From positions 4,354 through 68,353 of the forward strand of contig SVFQ01000009.1 in the NCBI GenBank assembly GCA_015056765.1: a DNA stretch of 64,000 nt. Direction: 5' to 3'. Shown piece after piece: positions 10,379-19,928 of this stretch (within the stretch, counting starts at the first letter, position 1; every line of letters starts with the position of its first letter). This DNA comes from Lachnospiraceae bacterium. Lineage in GTDB: Bacteria; Bacillota; Clostridia; Lachnospirales; Lachnospiraceae. Below the pieces are notes generated by a model that was not told where the DNA came from, made no database searches, and was given only the letters and a program-made list of their open reading frames with translations. Both the position numbers and the translations under genes were made by a program.

Positions 10379-12766
10379 TTAGAAGGAGTGTCCTCCGCCA
10401 CCACCGGAGAAGCCGCCGCCTCCGCCACCTCCGCCGGAGAAGCCACCGCCTCCGCCACTTCCGCCGCTACCGGAATCGGAAGACTGTGGTGAGTAGCGCT
10501 TGGTTTGTCCGGTCATTCTCTCGCCATGATCTGTGGCACTAAACTTAATATCACAAGAATCTAAGAGAGCAGATCTACTAGGCTTACGAGCTGCCGCGAA
10601 TATCTTGATAAAGAAGTAGTTAAACATAAATGCAAAGAACAAAGCAAGCAGCGCATTGCTCACATACTTCATAGGCTGTGCAATCTTTGCGCCACCCATG
10701 AGGGTGTTAATCTGCACGAAAGTCTGAGTCGCACATTTGCCATACTGTGATTTAGAAGCATAGCGATAGACGTTATCTGTAATGGTGTTTGCATAAGCAC
10801 TTGTGACTGTCTTATAAATCGCACCGTTTGTGCACAGGTAAATCTCTCTGTTGTCCATATCGATAACAAAGACTGCACCGGACTGATTTTCAAATAAAGT
10901 ATAATACTGATTCTGCGTATATATTCTGGTGGAACTCTCGTCATTATAGTCTGTAGTAATGACTGCAGCATTGCCCCATTCAGTGGTCTTGGCCATTTCT
11001 TCTTCCAGACTCTTGAGCTCTGTTTCGCTAAAAAGGTCAGCTTCGTCATTTACTATGAGTTGATAACCGGTTTTTTGGTTGGTCAGGTCTACGTAACCCT
11101 CTGCATGGGCCTGCATAGGCTGAAACAGAAGTCCCAGAAGGAGTGCCAGGAACAGCATTTCCACATGTCTATTAAACTGCGGAAGTGGTCTGGTAGCCAG
11201 CAGGTTGTACTCTGAAATCAGGCCGATCATGGCAAAGCACATACTCAGAATTGCTACGATTACAGCTGCATAATAGTATAAATCCGATACCGGTTTCCAG
11301 GTCAGGACGCCGGTAGCGATAATACTTGCAAGGCTAAGAAGATATAAACCTTCTACATGCTGCTTACCGGGAGTCTTACGATCCAGGGAGATGCCATAGC
11401 CGGTCAGGCCTAAGGTAACTACTGTAGCTATAAAGCTTACCAGTGCGCTGCTCTTAACTAGGGTCAAAAATCCACTGGCAAGTACATAAAAAACAGAAGT
11501 ACCTACCGTGAACAGAAGGCTGAGGATGATGATAAATCCCCCAAGAGACACACCGGAAAGCCATCCGGGCTTTTTCCATTTTTTTCGCGGAACAGTCGTG
11601 GGATCCTTCGCGGGATCATCTGGGTCTGCATGAGTGTACTGGTATCCTTTGTCATCGGTACGCAGGTCTTTTTTCACCAGGGCGTTTAAGCCTGTTACAT
11701 AAAAGATTGCCGCTACCATGGACAGGAAAGAAACAAGCGTCAACAATGTGGCCGGAATCAAGGTAAGCTTTAAATTTAATAAGATAAAAAACGGAATCGC
11801 CATAAGCAGGGATCCGATGATATATCTTTTGATATCTACCGGCAAATCGGAAGAGATACGTCCGTTTTCTCCATTGACTACAGCATAAGCCACACGATTA
11901 TTTCTGTGATAGGTTAAGAACCACACAGGGAATAGAGCACTATTTTCTTCTGCAACGGTACTGTGAGTCATGCGATTTAAAGCGCCGTTGGTGTCAGGCT
12001 CTGTGACAGAATAGCCTATGACATTCTTTCGTAATCTCTGATAGGTCTCTTCAGATGCAAAGGTTTTCGCATCCTCTGTATATACCTTCGCAGGTACGTC
12101 TGCAGTATCGGCAAAGAAACCGGCCAGATAGCTAGGGGCAAAGGCCAGCATCTCGTGAGAATCAAAAGGCGCGATGGTCTCGCTGATTCTGTCATCGAAA
12201 CTGCTGGAAGCATCATAGGAAAGACCCTTGTAGCTGGCAGATACATAATCAGAGATAGCATAGTGGTTAGTATAGACATAATCTCCTCTTCGATAGGTAT
12301 CGGTAGCCTTTAAGGTTACAGTGCCTTCCTGTGCAATGGTATATACCCAATAAGGTACATAGATACCACGGAAGGTCTCTAAGAATTTCGGATCGCGCAA
12401 TTCCTTGGGTGCATACAGCGCTTTTCGCATCATGGATGCATAAGCTTTTTTACAATCTTCTTTTGTCTTTTTAAATGGGATTACAAATTTAGGACGTTTG
12501 GATTTGTCCATTTTTCCTTCTAATACATGACTGGCGCCACAGAAGCTGCAGAAGGTGGCCACTTCATTTTCGGAAGGAGAGACAATCTGACCGCCACAGC
12601 TAGGGCAAGTATAGACTTTGACATCGTAGCTGTCAGTATTTTCTTCTACCTTATGTTCTGTTTCATAAGTGGCAGGATCCTGCTGGTTTCCACAGTGGGT
12701 GCATAGAAGTTTTCCTGATTGGATATCGAAACGGAGCTCTGCTCCGCAATTACTACATGAAAACAT
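10379..12766 (-). CDS. Fusion protein: double Zn-ribbon + polytopic membrane region + TPM (YgcG-like) domain + Gly-rich tail
   Basis: Two CxxC..CxxC ribbons (aa 4-26 and 54-77) and hydrophobic helices from about aa 320 to 535. An internal MLFLALLLGLLFQPMQAHA signal-like segment at aa 537 is followed by a TPM-like domain, a TM helix and GGSGGGGGFSGGGGGGGGFSGGGG. Confidence 0.6.
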   Translation of the reverse strand: MFSCSNCGAELRFDIQSGKLLCTHCGNQQDPATYETEHKVEENTDSYDVKVYTCPSCGGQIVSPSENEVATFCSFCGASHVLEGKMDKSKRPKFVIPFKKTKEDCKKAYASMMRKALYAPKELRDPKFLETFRGIYVPYWVYTIAQEGTVTLKATDTYRRGDYVYTNHYAISDYVSASYKGLSYDASSSFDDRISETIAPFDSHEMLAFAPSYLAGFFADTADVPAKVYTEDAKTFASEETYQRLRKNVIGYSVTEPDTNGALNRMTHSTVAEENSALFPVWFLTYHRNNRVAYAVVNGENGRISSDLPVDIKRYIIGSLLMAIPFFILLNLKLTLIPATLLTLVSFLSMVAAIFYVTGLNALVKKDLRTDDKGYQYTHADPDDPAKDPTTVPRKKWKKPGWLSGVSLGGFIIILSLLFTVGTSVFYVLASGFLTLVKSSALVSFIATVVTLGLTGYGISLDRKTPGKQHVEGLYLLSLASIIATGVLTWKPVSDLYYYAAVIVAILSMCFAMIGLISEYNLLATRPLPQFNRHVEMLFLALLLGLLFQPMQAHAEGYVDLTNQKTGYQLIVNDEADLFSETELKSLEEEMAKTTEWGNAAVITTDYNDESSTRIYTQNQYYTLFENQSGAVFVIDMDNREIYLCTNGAIYKTVTSAYANTITDNVYRYASKSQYGKCATQTFVQINTLMGGAKIAQPMKYVSNALLALFFAFMFNYFFIKIFAAARKPSRSALLDSCDIKFSATDHGERMTGQTKRYSPQSSDSGSGGSGGGGGFSGGGGGGGGFSGGGGGHSF
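10404..10465 (-). repeat. 30-nt tandem duplication encoding the Gly-rich tail (GGGGFSGGGG x2)
   Basis: CCGGAGAAGCC(G/A)CCGCCTCCGCCAC(C/T)TCCG occurs twice in tandem inside the 3' end of the TPM fusion gene. Confidence 0.6.
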
Positions 12767-12824
12767 ATTTCCTCCTTTTTACTACCCCAAATTAGTGTAA
12801 CTAATTATGCCCAAAATGTAAATC

Positions 12825-12852
12825 TTGTGGTATGATTAAACGAGTGTATAAA
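12825..12852 (+). promoter_or_regulatory. Possible promoter of the nucleobase permease
   Basis: TTGTGG, 16-nt spacer, TATAAA, with TG immediately upstream of the -10. Confidence 0.3.
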
Positions 12853-12869
12853 TCTATATGGAGGTAGAT

Positions 12870-14258
12870 ATGAGAGAGAAACGACAAGCAATTTACGACG
12901 CAACAACCCTTGGCATTCCGAAGATGCTTCTTCTCGGTTTGCAGCACATGTTCGCTATGTTTGGTGCTACTATTTTAGTTCCTATTTTAGTGAACAGTGA
13001 TTTCCACGGTGAAGGATTATCCATTCAGGTTACATTATTCTTCGCTGGTATTGGTACTTTATTATTTCATATTTTATCTAAGTTAAAAGTTCCCGCATTC
13101 CTCGGTTCTTCATTCGCTTTTTTAGGTGGATTCAAGATGGTAGCCGATTTGGATACGGGAATTTTTGCTACTATGAGCTATGGCGAGAAACTACCATATG
13201 CCTGTGGCGGTATCGTAGTAGCCGGCCTTCTGTATGTCATCCTGGCATTCATCATTAAGGCAGTAGGTGTAAAACGTGTTATGAGATTCCTGCCACCTGT
13301 TGTGACAGGTCCTATCATCATCTGCATCGGACTTTCCTTGGTTCCTTCTGCTATTCAGAATGCAGAGAAGAACTGGCCACTTGCTTTGATCGCACTGGCA
13401 GTTGTCATCATCTTCAACATTTGGGGTAAGGGAATGCTGAAGATTATTCCTATTTTATTAGGTGTAGTGATTTCCTACGTATGTGCACTGATTTTCTACA
13501 AGCTGGGTATGACCAATAGCGACGGTTCTGCAATCTTTGATTTCGCACCTGTAGCAGCAGCCAGCTGGGTAGGTATGCCGAAATTCATCATTGCAAAATT
13601 CGATTTATCTGCAATCCTGGTTATGGCACCTATCGCCCTTGCTACCATGATGGAGCATGTAGGTGATATTTCCGCCATTTCTGCAACAACAGGCAATAAC
13701 TTCGTAGAAGACCCGGGTCTTCACAGAACCTTGATGGGCGATGGTCTTGCTACAACTCTTGCAGCTATGTTCGGTGGCCCTGCTAATACCACATATGGCG
13801 AGAACACCGGTGTACTGGAGCTGAGCCGTGTATATGATCCAAGAGTAATCAGACTTGCCGCAATATATGCCATCATCTTAAGCTTCATTCCAAAGGTAGC
13901 AGATATCTTTGGTTCCATGCCTACTGCAATCATCGGTGGTATCAGTTTCATCCTGTACGGTATGATTTCTGCAATCGGTGTTCGTAACGTAGTAGAAAAT
14001 AAGGTAGACTTCACAAAATCCCGTAACCTCATCATCGCAGCACTCATCCTGGTTTGCGGTCTTGGATTTACAAACGGTATCACTTTTGTAGTAGGTTCTA
14101 CCTCCATTACATTGACAAGTCTTGCAATTGCCGCTATTGTAGGTATTATCCTGAATGCAATTCTGCCAGGTAATGATTATGAATTTGGTAAAAACCCATC
14201 CGGTGATATCAACAGGGGTGTAAGCTTCAATAACCCAATTGAAGAAGAAGAGAAATAA
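12870..14258 (+). CDS. NCS2-family nucleobase (uracil/xanthine) permease
   Basis: LQHMFAMFGATILVP and other NCS2 motifs, with about 12-14 TM helices. Start set at the second ATG (12870) because GGAGG lies 5 nt upstream. Confidence 0.8.
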   Translation: MREKRQAIYDATTLGIPKMLLLGLQHMFAMFGATILVPILVNSDFHGEGLSIQVTLFFAGIGTLLFHILSKLKVPAFLGSSFAFLGGFKMVADLDTGIFATMSYGEKLPYACGGIVVAGLLYVILAFIIKAVGVKRVMRFLPPVVTGPIIICIGLSLVPSAIQNAEKNWPLALIALAVVIIFNIWGKGMLKIIPILLGVVISYVCALIFYKLGMTNSDGSAIFDFAPVAAASWVGMPKFIIAKFDLSAILVMAPIALATMMEHVGDISAISATTGNNFVEDPGLHRTLMGDGLATTLAAMFGGPANTTYGENTGVLELSRVYDPRVIRLAAIYAIILSFIPKVADIFGSMPTAIIGGISFILYGMISAIGVRNVVENKVDFTKSRNLIIAALILVCGLGFTNGITFVVGSTSITLTSLAIAAIVGIILNAILPGNDYEFGKNPSGDINRGVSFNNPIEEEEK

Positions 14259-14285
14259 GACCGGACTTGTTTCTCGGTATATGTA

Positions 14286-16061
14286 ATGAACGAAACAAAA
14301 AGAGAAACAAGAATAAAATGGATAAAGAGAGGGATTCTGCTGGCATCAGTTTTAGCTGCCCTTAAGTGCATCTTTGTATCACTACAGATGGACGAGGAGT
14401 ACGCTATCACTGTGCCATATCGAATCCTGCAAGGAGACAGGCTGTTTGCTGAATTGTGGGACCCACATCAGACATCAGCCTTTTTCATTGAGTTTTTATT
14501 GTGGATTTACCACGGTATTTTCCAAACCTATACCTACAGCGTAATCTTTATCAGAACTATCGGTGTGTTGACTCATGCGTTGGTGACCTACTTATTTTGG
14601 GGCGGCCTTCGCAAATTCGTCGGCAAAGATCAGGCTTTTTATTTGGCCATGCTGTACTTTAACCTTCTGCCCAAGGGATACGTCATGCCGGAGTTTTCCA
14701 ACATGATGCTGTGGTTTTTGACACTGCTCCTTTTGGCAGCGACCCATCGAATCGAGCTAGAGACAAGGCTGAACTATTATGCGCCGGCACTTACCAGAAA
14801 CGCCGTTGCTATCGGTGTTTTGTTAAGTCTGATGGTGCTGTCCTATCCTACCTGCGTGCTGGGATACATTGTAATTGTGGCGTATCTGATTCGATACGAC
14901 CGCTATAAGCTAAAGAGTGTGCTGACAGTGACGCTGACCTGCATCGTGATTGGCGGGCTTTATCTGTGGAGAATCCTAAGCTACCTTACGATTCCTCAAT
15001 TTATCGAGAATATCAAAAGTATCCTAGAGTCCTGTGGTTCCCACTCTGACAGTAAGTGGGAAAAGCTTTATATCTTCTCCACGGACTTGCCATTTATGCT
15101 GCTGTACTTTGTATTATTCGCAGTATTGTGCTTTGTGCTGATTTGGCTGGAGAGACTCCTTTGCCGGAAAAAGAACAAGGAAATCCCGGTCCTTACTTTT
15201 GCCTATGTATTAAACCGATATCTGATGAGCGCTTATATCATTCAGATTTTGCACTGGGTGCTGATGCTGTGGCAGTATGAGTCTTCGTTTTTCTATTGCA
15301 TTTACTGTGTCATTTTTGGTGCCACCATGTATTGTATGCACCACTGGCGCGTAGCCGGCATTGGTTACCATTCAGAAAACAAAGTACTTATACAGATTGG
15401 TAATCTTTGGATTTGGAGCAATGTGGCCATGTATGTGGCAATTCTCCTCCTGACGAACCTGACCCTTATGACCAGCATCAAGTATCTGTCTGCCGGAGTG
15501 GTGGCGTGCTTAGCGATTCTGTTAAACTACATGGTACAGGCAGATGCCAGGTCCTATAAGCGTTATGCAAACCATCTTCTGATTCTCATGGTGGTAGCGT
15601 CCATTTTTGTCAAAGGCTATGCCTACATCGACAACGATGGCCTTATGAAAAATATCACCGGTGTACGAAATGTCATCGACGAAGGTCCTGCGAAAGGAAT
15701 CTTTACGGAGTATATGCAGGGCTATATGGTAGAGTCCAACTATCAGGAATTCAAAGAACTGATTCCGGCAGGCTCCACATTACTTGCCATGGATTCCAAT
15801 ACCCTTTGCTATATGTATCAGGATGTGAAGGTGGGAAGCTTTACCACCATCTGCACCCCAAGTTATGGCCCATATTTCAAAGATTATTGGGAAAGATATC
15901 CGGAGCACTATCCGGATGTAATTGCTATCCCATGCTGGTACGGAGAAATGAAATATACGGATGATAACTGGATGGTCCATTATGCCAATACAGAATTTCA
16001 TCCCAGTGCTGTGGTGGATGGCAAGTACTTCAGATACTATTTTAGAAACAAGGCTGAATAA
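14286..16061 (+). CDS. Polytopic membrane protein with a C-terminal soluble domain (possible GT-C-fold glycosyltransferase)
   Basis: More than 10 hydrophobic helices, an acidic MDEEY motif in the first loop and a ~150-aa hydrophilic C-terminus. It starts 27 nt after the permease. The function is inference only. Confidence 0.55.
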   Translation: MNETKRETRIKWIKRGILLASVLAALKCIFVSLQMDEEYAITVPYRILQGDRLFAELWDPHQTSAFFIEFLLWIYHGIFQTYTYSVIFIRTIGVLTHALVTYLFWGGLRKFVGKDQAFYLAMLYFNLLPKGYVMPEFSNMMLWFLTLLLLAATHRIELETRLNYYAPALTRNAVAIGVLLSLMVLSYPTCVLGYIVIVAYLIRYDRYKLKSVLTVTLTCIVIGGLYLWRILSYLTIPQFIENIKSILESCGSHSDSKWEKLYIFSTDLPFMLLYFVLFAVLCFVLIWLERLLCRKKNKEIPVLTFAYVLNRYLMSAYIIQILHWVLMLWQYESSFFYCIYCVIFGATMYCMHHWRVAGIGYHSENKVLIQIGNLWIWSNVAMYVAILLLTNLTLMTSIKYLSAGVVACLAILLNYMVQADARSYKRYANHLLILMVVASIFVKGYAYIDNDGLMKNITGVRNVIDEGPAKGIFTEYMQGYMVESNYQEFKELIPAGSTLLAMDSNTLCYMYQDVKVGSFTTICTPSYGPYFKDYWERYPEHYPDVIAIPCWYGEMKYTDDNWMVHYANTEFHPSAVVDGKYFRYYFRNKAE

Positions 16062-16078
16062 ATTGAGAACGATATAAG

Positions 16079-16108
16079 AAAGAGCTTCCGTGATGGAAGC
16101 TCTTTTTG
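16079..16108 (+). terminator. Terminator after the polytopic membrane protein gene
   Basis: AAGAGCTTCC-GTGAT-GGAAGCTCTT followed by TTTTG. Confidence 0.75.
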
Positions 16109-16135
16109 ATTCTATACTTGATGATAGATGATTCT

Positions 16136-17221
16136 TTATATAATTTCTTCGATTTCGATATCTTTACTTTCAGATAAGTCCAGGAACTTGTCCCCAATTT
16201 TCAAAGTCGGTCTGGAAAGCTTTTCTTTATGGATATAGACGATTTCGCCCTGTTCACCGGTATTTAATAAGACACGATTATTGATGTAGGAATCTACCAC
16301 ATGATCAAGGAACGTGGTGACATACTGGGTGTCGTATTTCTGCAAGCCTTCATCTTCCATGATAGCGATGGTTTTAAAGGGCGATAGTGCTCTACGATAT
16401 GGCCTCGTGCTGGTCATGGCATCATAGACATCCGCGATAGCCACCATTTTTGCATAGGGGTCAATCTGAATAGGGTTAAGTCCAAAAGGATAACCGGTTC
16501 CATCGCAGCGCTCGTGGTGCATCAGGGCAGCGTTCTTTACATGCTCATCCAACGGAAGATTTTTAATGAGGTTAAAGCCTTCCAATGCATGGGTTTGTAC
16601 AATCTTACGCTCTTCATCCGTAAGAGGACCACGCTTTTCAAGGATGGCATCACTGATATGCAGCTTGCCGATATCATGGAAAAGACCGCATAACGTAGCC
16701 ATGCGGGTGGTCTCTTTATCATAGCGTAGCCAGCCACACATCACATTGCAAATCAAAGCCACATTCATGCAATGGGCAAAGGTTTCACCATCATTGTCAC
16801 GCATGTGATTCAAAAGGTCGATTACACCATAGGATTTACGACCCATTTCCACAAGTTTGAAAGCACCTGCCAACATTTCGTCCGTGTTAATCGGTGCATT
16901 TTCGCTGACAATTCGATTGATTCTGTCACGTAGTAAGTCGACTTCTGTATCGAAAGATTCCTTGAATTCTTTGAATTCAGGACTATTTATAATTCGTTGC
17001 TTGTGGGAAGGTACAGTGATTTGCTCGACAGGCTTAGGGGTCGGAGCTTCGATGATTTCATCCTCGACACGTAGAGAGTCGATAGCATAAAAAGACAGTC
17101 GCGAGATAGCTCTGTCTGTAAGGATGAATCCTTTGGGAAAAATCATTTGCCCATTAAAGTTGAATACGTCTTCGCCGGTAACCATGCCTGGTACGAGCTC
17201 GGCAGTCTTAACTCTTTTCAT
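16136..17221 (-). CDS. HD-GYP domain c-di-GMP phosphodiesterase
   Basis: HDIGK and HHERCDGTGYP motifs. Start set at the internal MKRVKTAELV (17221). The upstream extension in the ORF track runs into the promoter region. Confidence 0.85.
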   Translation of the reverse strand: MKRVKTAELVPGMVTGEDVFNFNGQMIFPKGFILTDRAISRLSFYAIDSLRVEDEIIEAPTPKPVEQITVPSHKQRIINSPEFKEFKESFDTEVDLLRDRINRIVSENAPINTDEMLAGAFKLVEMGRKSYGVIDLLNHMRDNDGETFAHCMNVALICNVMCGWLRYDKETTRMATLCGLFHDIGKLHISDAILEKRGPLTDEERKIVQTHALEGFNLIKNLPLDEHVKNAALMHHERCDGTGYPFGLNPIQIDPYAKMVAIADVYDAMTSTRPYRRALSPFKTIAIMEDEGLQKYDTQYVTTFLDHVVDSYINNRVLLNTGEQGEIVYIHKEKLSRPTLKIGDKFLDLSESKDIEIEEII

Positions 17222-17336
17222 ATGATATATAGCCTCAACTGTAAAGTATGAAATAACTATAAAATGCCTAGAATATATTGCAATTATAGAAAAGTCATGC
17301 CATAATGTCAATGACGTTTAATTTCATATTGATTAT

Positions 17337-17451
17337 TCTCTTATTCAGAGTGGTGGAGATACAAAGGATCTGTGAAGCCACGGCAACCCCGCAGCGCGGT
17401 AGGTGCCAGCCTGAGCGAGAAAGCTGACAGCTTGATCGAACAATAAGGGGA
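17337..17451 (+). promoter_or_regulatory. SAM-I (S-box) riboswitch controlling metK
   Basis: TTCTCTTATTCAGAG-GGTGGAG...GAAGCCACGGCAACC...GGTGCCA...GAACAATAAGGGG matches the S-box core. P1 pairs CTTATT with AATAAG. Located upstream of metK. Confidence 0.85.
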
Positions 17452-17464
17452 CTATGGTAAAGTC

Positions 17465-17500
17465 CGTATCCGCTTCTTGTTTGCAAGGAGCGGTTTTTTA
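17465..17500 (+). terminator. Riboswitch expression-platform terminator
   Basis: Stem TCCGCT (17469-17474) pairs with AGCGG (17489-17493), followed by T6. Confidence 0.7.
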
Positions 17501-17567
17501 TTGCTTTGCGCAGTCGAAGCAGCTATTAGCCACAGAGAATACTCAATACAATGTAAGGAGGTTCAAA

Positions 17568-18755
17568 ATGGAGAAAAGATTATTTACGTCAGAATCTGTA
17601 ACAGAAGGACATCCGGATAAAGTCTGCGATGCCATTTCTGATGCAATCCTGGATGCCTGCATGGAGCAGGATCCAAACAGCCGTGTAGCTTGTGAGACAG
17701 CAGCTTGCACCGGCTTCGTACTGGTAACAGGTGAAATCACCACCAACGCATATGTAGATATACAGAAAATCGTACGTGATACTGTAAAAGAAATCGGCTA
17801 CGACAAATCCGAGTACGGATTCGATGGCAACACCTGCGCAGTTCTCGTAGCAATCGATGAGCAGTCTGCAGATATCGCTATGGGTGTAGACAAAGCCTTA
17901 GAAGCAAAAGAAAACAAAATGAGCGATGCCGAAATCGAAGCAATCGGTGCCGGCGATCAGGGTATGATGTTTGGTTATGCTACCAATGAGACACCTGAGC
18001 TTATGCCTTATCCTATTTCCCTTGCTCACAAGCTTGCTCGTAAACTGACAGAGGTACGTAAAGACGGCACATTAAAATACCTTCGTCCGGATGGCAAGAG
18101 CCAGGTTTCCGTAGAATACGATGAATCCGGTAAGCCTGTACGTCTTGAAGCTGTTGTACTTTCCACACAGCACGATGATGATGTGACGCAGGAACAGATT
18201 CACGCAGACATTAAGAAATACGTATTCGATCCTGTTCTTCCAAAAGAACTCATCGATGAAAACACCAAATTCTTTATCAACCCTACAGGCCGTTTCGTAA
18301 TCGGTGGCCCTCACGGTGATGCAGGTCTTACAGGCCGTAAGATTATCGTAGACACCTACGGCGGATATGCTCGTCACGGCGGCGGCGCTTTCTCCGGTAA
18401 GGACTGCACCAAGGTAGACCGTTCTGCAGCTTATGCAGCTCGTTATGTAGCAAAGAATATCGTAGCAGCAGGCTTGGCTGACAAGTGCGAAATCCAGCTT
18501 TCTTACGCTATCGGTGTAGCACAGCCTACTTCTATCATGGTAGATACTTTCGGAACAGGTAAAGTATCCGATGAGAAGTTAGTAGATATCATTCGCGAAA
18601 ACTTCGACCTTCGTCCAGCAGGTATCATCAAGATGCTGGATCTGCGTAGACCTATCTACAAACAGACTGCAGCATATGGTCACTTCGGACGTACCGATGT
18701 AGACTTACCTTGGGAGAAGACAGACAAGGTAGATGACCTGAAGAAATATCTGTAA
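17568..18755 (+). CDS. metK: S-adenosylmethionine synthetase
   Basis: [18 protein letters not shown]..., GAGDQG and GGGAFSGKD motifs. AAGGAGG RBS at 17555-17561. The ORF-track start at 17454 lies inside the riboswitch. Confidence 0.95.
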   Translation: MEKRLFTSESVTEGHPDKVCDAISDAILDACMEQDPNSRVACETAACTGFVLVTGEITTNAYVDIQKIVRDTVKEIGYDKSEYGFDGNTCAVLVAIDEQSADIAMGVDKALEAKENKMSDAEIEAIGAGDQGMMFGYATNETPELMPYPISLAHKLARKLTEVRKDGTLKYLRPDGKSQVSVEYDESGKPVRLEAVVLSTQHDDDVTQEQIHADIKKYVFDPVLPKELIDENTKFFINPTGRFVIGGPHGDAGLTGRKIIVDTYGGYARHGGGAFSGKDCTKVDRSAAYAARYVAKNIVAAGLADKCEIQLSYAIGVAQPTSIMVDTFGTGKVSDEKLVDIIRENFDLRPAGIIKMLDLRRPIYKQTAAYGHFGRTDVDLPWEKTDKVDDLKKYL

Positions 18756-18765
18756 TCATACAAAC

Positions 18766-18797
18766 AAAAGCCCATCTCTATGAGATGGGCTTTCCTT
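18766..18797. terminator. Bidirectional terminator between metK and the ROK gene
   Basis: 11-bp stem AAGCCCATCTC/GAGATGGGCTT (18768-18792) flanked by A-rich and T-rich runs on both sides. Confidence 0.7.
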
Positions 18798-19865
18798 TTA
18801 TTCCGCCATAAAGGAATTCACGAAACCATATCTACAGCACTCGTGGGCCTTGTGATACAAAAGGATTCGAGGGCTGCTGCCCTGTCCAATCTTCTCCACA
18901 ATTCTCTGATCTAATAATTCCTTTTCCTCTGTAGAAATCACATCGTTAATCGCTACCACTTCCGGATTTAATACTGCGATAAATCCAATGAGAAGTTCTG
19001 CCAACGCTTCAATCAGTTTCTCTCTTGCTGCCGTATCCTGGGGATTTGTTTTTCTGGCTCTGATTTGCTCCAGAATGGTATCCTCTAAAGGCAATAAACT
19101 ATCCTTGTGCTTTTCTGTACAGCGAAGAGGCAAGAAGGCTACTTCTCCTGCCATATTCGTAGCCCCGCGGATCACCTTTCCACCAACCATGATGCCGGCA
19201 CCAACACCGCCACCGATATGTAGCAGTACCAGCGAATCTGCAGGCTTATCTTCCGTCAGTTTCAGATGTCTATAATATCCCATGGTCATAAGATTTACAT
19301 CATTTTCCACCATGACTCTGGTTTGATATTTCTGCTCTAATCTCGTGGCAATAGAGAATCCATCAAATCCGGCAAATCGTCCTACACGCTGCACCGTACC
19401 ATTGTGAATGATACCCGGCAAACCGATGCCCAACATGCCTACGCTGTCCTTTGTCACTCCATCTGTTTCGATGAGTTCGTCGATAATCTGGGTCAGCTTT
19501 TCATAGAGATTTAAGTCCCTTAAATTCCCTTCCATCTCATAGCTTTCTTCGCGGATTACTTTTCCCACCGCATCGATGACGCAACCATGGAAATGATGAT
19601 GAATGGCAAAGACGCCAATCATGTGAACTGACTCCGGATTGATGGCATAGATGTCGCTGCCCCTGCCCTTTGTCTGTAATCGTCCCACTACCACCAGTCT
19701 TCCCTGGTCCTCCATGAGATTCACGATTTTTCCGGCAGACATAAGGCTTAGACCTGTAGCTTCGGCAATCTCCGCCTTTGTGGCCTTTCCTTTTGCTTTC
19801 AGAATTTTCTCAATTTCTTGTATATTCAGATTTCTGACAAGTGATGTTTTCGTTGTATTTTCCAT
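18798..19865 (-). CDS. ROK-family transcriptional regulator (NagC/XylR type)
   Basis: N-terminal wHTH (KAEIAEATGLSLMSAGKIVNLM) plus a ROK sugar-kinase-like fold (GIGLPGIIHNG, GGGVGAGI). Confidence 0.8.
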   Translation of the reverse strand: MENTTKTSLVRNLNIQEIEKILKAKGKATKAEIAEATGLSLMSAGKIVNLMEDQGRLVVVGRLQTKGRGSDIYAINPESVHMIGVFAIHHHFHGCVIDAVGKVIREESYEMEGNLRDLNLYEKLTQIIDELIETDGVTKDSVGMLGIGLPGIIHNGTVQRVGRFAGFDGFSIATRLEQKYQTRVMVENDVNLMTMGYYRHLKLTEDKPADSLVLLHIGGGVGAGIMVGGKVIRGATNMAGEVAFLPLRCTEKHKDSLLPLEDTILEQIRARKTNPQDTAAREKLIEALAELLIGFIAVLNPEVVAINDVISTEEKELLDQRIVEKIGQGSSPRILLYHKAHECCRYGFVNSFMAE

Positions 19866-19877
19866 AGCCCTATTATA

Positions 19878-19908
19878 GTAAAAGGGACCGATTTATGCCA
19901 TCGGTCCC
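19878..19908 (-). terminator. Terminator after the chemoreceptor gene
   Basis: 9-bp stem GGGACCGAT/ATCGGTCCC. On the minus strand it is followed by TTTTAC. Confidence 0.55.
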
Positions 19909-19928
19909 TGTCACTTTTGTATGAAATC

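Noticed and set aside
10255-10542. Arg/His-rich 95-aa ORF (RRSRRLRHLRRRSHRLRH)
   Set aside because: It is the reverse-complement reading of the Gly-rich tail and 30-nt tandem repeat of the TPM fusion gene, so it is an artefact of GGN/NCC periodicity.
12767-12869. Searched for a PyrR-binding attenuator upstream of the nucleobase permease
   Set aside because: There is no ARTCCAGAGAGG-like loop and no terminator/antiterminator pair.
17222-17311. N-terminal ORF extensions in the track (HD-GYP to 17311, metK to 17454, pflA to 43580, thiE-like to 56474, acyltransferase from 56547, Zn-ribbon protein from 57868, fruK to 60844, pckA from 60954, GH94 to 38223)
   Set aside because: In each case an internal start has a proper SD and matches the canonical family N-terminus. 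The extensions run through promoters, a riboswitch or an upstream gene.
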